64,000 nt of DNA, taken from NCBI GenBank assembly GCA_951406725.2, contig OX597822.1:87420001-87484000 (forward strand), written 5' to 3'. The notes beneath the pieces were generated by a model. The model did not search any database. It worked only from the letters and a program-made list of their open reading frames with translations, and was not told the origin of the DNA. Of the stretch, positions 61,961 through 64,000 are shown piece after piece (the first letter of the stretch is position 1; every line of letters begins with the position of its first letter). Made by a program: the position numbers and the translations under genes. The stretch is from Octopus vulgaris. Lineage: Eukaryota.

Positions 61961-64000
61961 GAGAGTGGGAATATATTTACGGGGAGAAAGATATTGAAAA
62001 AGCACCAATACATCAGAGTGACAAAGAAATAAGGAGGGTATCAGGTGGTCGTGAGATGTGCTAAAAATAACACCTAAATAGCCCTTAAATCACATGAAAA
62101 AATTTTCTGAAAATTCAAAACAAAAAAAAAAAAATTTATGAGGGAGTATATGGGGTACAGCAGAATTCCACTTGGCTCACTTTCTGATACATTTATGTAC
62201 CACACAGTTAAAGAGAAGAGATTATTGTAAGTAGTCATTATTCCTTTTGCCCAAGTTTAGACATCAGTCTTTGAAAACTGAAACCTATCAAATTAGATAT
62301 TAGTGTGGGAAAAAAATTGATTTGGAATCCAACAGGGAAATGAATTTGGATTGTTAAACACCAAAAATTATCTAGATATTTTATTAACAAACTCAATTAC
62401 AACTGGGTCGAAGTTGAGGGAAAATTTCTTGAAAAGAAAGCACCTGTGACCTGACTGTTTCAAATGGCTTCAACTGCAACAACAACAACAATTGTCAATA
62501 TACACTCCCAAAGATGATGCTAGGGTACAAAATGGTGATGCAATACTTGAAATGTAATACTTTAAAAAAAATAGTAAAAAAATAGCAAAAAGTTGGTAAT
62601 TACTCATTTTGCCCCACTCTCTTGCAGTTATTTCAAGTATTTAACAAAATGAAAAATAGTGAAAAAAAGAAAGATTCGATCTAATGAAAAACATGTGAGT
62701 ATTAAAGGTGAAGGTGAGTGGCTTAGTGGTTAGGATATTTAGTTCACGATTGTAAGGTTGAGAGTTCAATTCCTGGAGATGCATTGTGTCCTTCAGCAAG
62801 ACACTTTATTTCGTGTTGTTCCAGTCCACTCAGCTGGCAAAAATGAGTAGTATCATTATTTCAAAAGGCCAGCCTTGTCGCAGTCTGTGTCATGCTGAAT
62901 CTCTCTGAGAATTACGTTGAGAGTACATGTGTCTGTGGAGTGCTCAGCCACTTGCACGTTAGTAGGCTGTTTCGCTTTCATTGATCGGATCAACTGGTAC
63001 CCTCGTTGTTGTAACCAACAGTGTGTCAGTTAATTCTAAAGTTGAAAAAAAAAAATGCTTTGAGCTGTTGAAAGATGTAATTTTATAATTAAGACTAAAT
63101 TCAAAATTTAAATCTTAGCACATATTCATTACTCACTTGCTCTTTCATAAAATAAGGCCAGTTTTCAATGCCTCAATGAAATAATGAAGTCTACAATGGC
63201 AATGTGTGTGTCTTTAATTGCCAGTGGTCAGTCTAAGGTCACTGTTCACTCATGTTGAAAAAAGAATTTGAACTAGAGATAATAACTTCTCTCTCTCTCT
63301 CTCTCTTGCTCATACACACACACACACACTCTCACAGGTACATACATACACTTTTTGGAGTGCTTTGTTGGTTTTCTTTTGTCTGCTGATGTCCCAGAAG
63401 CAGTTACAACTAATTCCTAAGGGAATTGGGTAGCAAAGAGTTTTTTAATTGAATGAATTGATGTCACTAATGTAGTTAAAACTATAGTTTTTTTTATCAA
63501 AAAAGAGGATCCGTTACATTTTTAAAGATATGTTTGTTTATTGAAAAAGAGCCTCTGCAAGAAAGATTGCTGAGAGGTGGGTGGGGTGGGGTGCTTGCTG
63601 TATTGAGTGCTACATACCCTTCATAAACAGGGGCGGGGCCATATCTGTCAAATGCCTTGGGCAATTGCCCCCTGCAATCCCCTATGAATCCGGCTCTGTG
63701 TATGTAACTGCATCTCAAGATGTTCATGTCAGGTGGAGGGTTGAAGGCTACTCTCCACTTATTTCTTTTCACGTTTCTTCTGGCCACACTGGCATATCGT
63801 GGAAATCCGGTCGGTGCCTGTCAGATAGCTGGAAAGGCCTGAGCAGGTTTCAAGGATTTTACACCCCCTTCTGCTATGTACTAAACCCACACAGTCTGTT
63901 TTGTAAGAGTGTGACGCCCCCTGATGAGAATGGACTGGACCACTACTGGTCCAGTAGCAGTCTGAGTAAGTGAGGTAGTGTGTTAATGTTTCAAAGTTTA

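Noticed and set aside
63497-63973. Overlapping 96-aa and 130-aa ORFs as a new gene
   Set aside because: No recognisable domain or splice context; the region contains repeat-like termini.

Overview
AT-rich, repeat-dense eukaryotic genomic DNA. It is very likely a coleoid cephalopod (Octopus-like), inferred from the SINE/RTE repeat repertoire and microsatellite density. I reconstructed two spliced protein-coding genes by hand, both on the minus strand, with GT-AG introns and consistent phases. (1) A 26S proteasome lid subunit Rpn6/PSMD11 gene has 12 coding exons from the ATG at 21533 down to 200; its last exon lies left of the window. (2) A complete purple acid phosphatase ACP7/PAPL gene has 11 coding exons, 58418 to 31965, 444 aa, including a 26-nt microexon carrying the GDxxY metal-ligand motif. 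Most of the remainder is mobile DNA: RTE, CR1, R4/Dong, Tx1 and CRE-clade LINE relics, Penelope-like elements, Tc1/mariner, hAT, TTAA- and Merlin-type MITEs, and three tRNA-derived SINE families. The most notable patterns are: small (TA)n-embedded Penelope-derived elements with minimal hammerhead-ribozyme folds and fold-back hairpins; an inverted pair of young SINEs bracketing ACP7 exon 2; a perfect Nrf/CNC-sMaf ARE in PSMD11 intron 1; a compact TATA/ETS-CRE/E-box ACP7 promoter; a Merlin-like foldback upstream of PSMD11; and a minisatellite born from a SINE-target junction. Exon coordinates were counted base by base; transposon boundaries without TIR/TSD evidence are approximate. Comparisons to known proteins and repeat families are from recall, not from a database search.
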